Positions 62,626 through 64,000 of a stretch of 64,000 nucleotides of DNA are shown piece after piece. Each line of letters opens with the position of its first letter. Position 1 is the first letter of the stretch. A program made the position numbers and the translations under genes. Origin of the DNA: Podospora anserina. Its lineage: Eukaryota. Below the pieces are notes generated by a model. It made no database searches. It saw only the letters and a program-made list of their open reading frames with translations, and had not been told where the DNA came from. The DNA lies in contig CM030333.1 of assembly GCA_017654855.1 (NCBI GenBank), forward strand, positions 3,162,001-3,226,000, written 5' to 3'.

Positions 62626-64000
62626 GGTGAGGGGAAGGTCTTTGGATGCTTCGGGAGACGTATTGCCAATTTGCGAGTTTGCAGGATGCTGTTGTGCTGC
62701 ACGAGATTCTGCACCGGTGTCAATGACAATCTGGTTGGAATGGTTGTGGGAAGGCTCTTCAAAGAGGACTGGAGGTCTTTAAGTACTTGGAACGCTCCAT
62801 GATCACGGCGGCCGAGAAAGTGACCATTGAGGAGCTCAGTGTCCATCATGTCGTTCGACGACATGTTCAGCAGAGTACAAAATACCCAAACGGCTCAGGT
62901 CTGAGCCCACTATTCCCGGCTTACTGGGAAAGAGCTACTCAGAGGGGGTGTGAGCCAGGAATAGAAGGCTCAACAGAAGAGAGGCTCCACTTACTAGCCA
63001 CTTAGGGGAAAATACCCTTTTATATTTCACTCAGGCAGGTACGAAAGGCTCACTTTTCGAGCCGCTCATCTTTTTAAGCCTGTAATTAATTCCTCAGACT
63101 AGGTACTTGAGCCAGTGGAAGAAGAAGGGCTTACCAGTACCGGCAGTCACCGAAATGGTTTGCGTAGCCAAGTTTCGTCTGTTGTCACGTACCCCAAGAT
63201 CGTGTCGAGTCTGCTTCATTTTCGTGCAGCTGGGCGATTCTGCCACAAAGCCCAAAGATTGTGATACCACGTCTTGCTTCACGGCACGAGCGATAGTGGG
63301 GGACGCGGGGTGTGTAACTCTCTCTGGTAGGGGTGAGATTATCTACCCACCTGGCTTAACGAGCATCTTCCAGGAGACACGCTTGTCGTGCAATCACTCT
63401 GTCCCCGTTTGGAGGTGACCTCGTCGTAAACACCGGCATCTCAATCTGGACTCTCGCATCATGCGCGTCAAATTCTCGATCATGGTGTCGCCGATCAAGT
63501 CCACGTTGGAAACCTGGGTTCAGTCCATGTCAGCCTCTTGACCCCCAGCTCCATCAAACATCTTTCATCTTTATTTCAACGATACACCCCACACCGCTGA
63601 TGCCGACCGGAGAACCGCAGAAGCTGCAATAACGCTATCGATCGTTTGAGAAGGACGCTGAAGTCTGGATGGTGCAGTTATCCTTGCCAACGAAAATGAC
63701 CTCCTCACGACCAAGGCCTGCCTGCTGATGGAGTGTAATCTGTCGTAGGGCAGATGATATTTTAACAGTGGCAAGAGGCACTTCCATTTAGCTCTCTGGA
63801 GATATATCTATATGGCACCGTATCACACCACCGGTCAATTTCCACTGGCGAACTAAACTATCATTGGCCCAAGACTTATTCCTTTATTTTTCGCCTTTTC
63901 ATTGCAGCATAGCCACCAGGCAAGGCCTCTCAGTCAGTCTCGCATTCCCCTCTCAGCGACCAAAGTCCCCCACATGTCTCGTCAACCGTTCTTTCGGTGA

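Noticed and set aside
63000..63800. Possible degraded gene fragments (also about 3100-3500, 8340-8700, 47450-48000)
   Set aside because: Only short frames with no recognisable motif; cannot be supported without a translated search.

Overview
Filamentous ascomycete (Sordariomycete, Podospora-like) chromosomal DNA: spliceosomal introns with CTAAC/CTGAC branch sites, dispersed 5S rRNA genes and RIP-type mutation. The ORF track ignores introns, so gene models were rebuilt by hand and their boundaries are approximate. The window holds about 20 intact-looking protein genes (Kelch-TM, CFEM, DUF1996, DUF3176, secreted PLA2, membrane-tethered lectin, PTH11-like receptor, ADE8, F-box, GH64, D-2-hydroxyacid dehydrogenase, Zn2Cys6 TF, HET-domain protein, flavoprotein, a large NACHT-ankyrin NLR, an 11-mer Gly-repeat protein), four disrupted genes, two 5S rRNA genes, two tRNAs and two solo-LTR-like elements. 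The most unusual part is the accessory island at about 17.3-26 kb. It contains (i) two adjacent, unidentified, end-to-end base-paired segments, each ending in an oligo-T run on the minus strand (candidate Pol III structured ncRNAs); (ii) a PNP-NACHT-ANK NLR whose about 14 near-identical ankyrin repeats vary mainly in a loop encoded by a (GCT)n microsatellite; and (iii) a convergent NB-ARC-TPR NLR relic interrupted by a solo LTR and damaged by RIP. All family calls come from motif recognition by eye; no database search was run.
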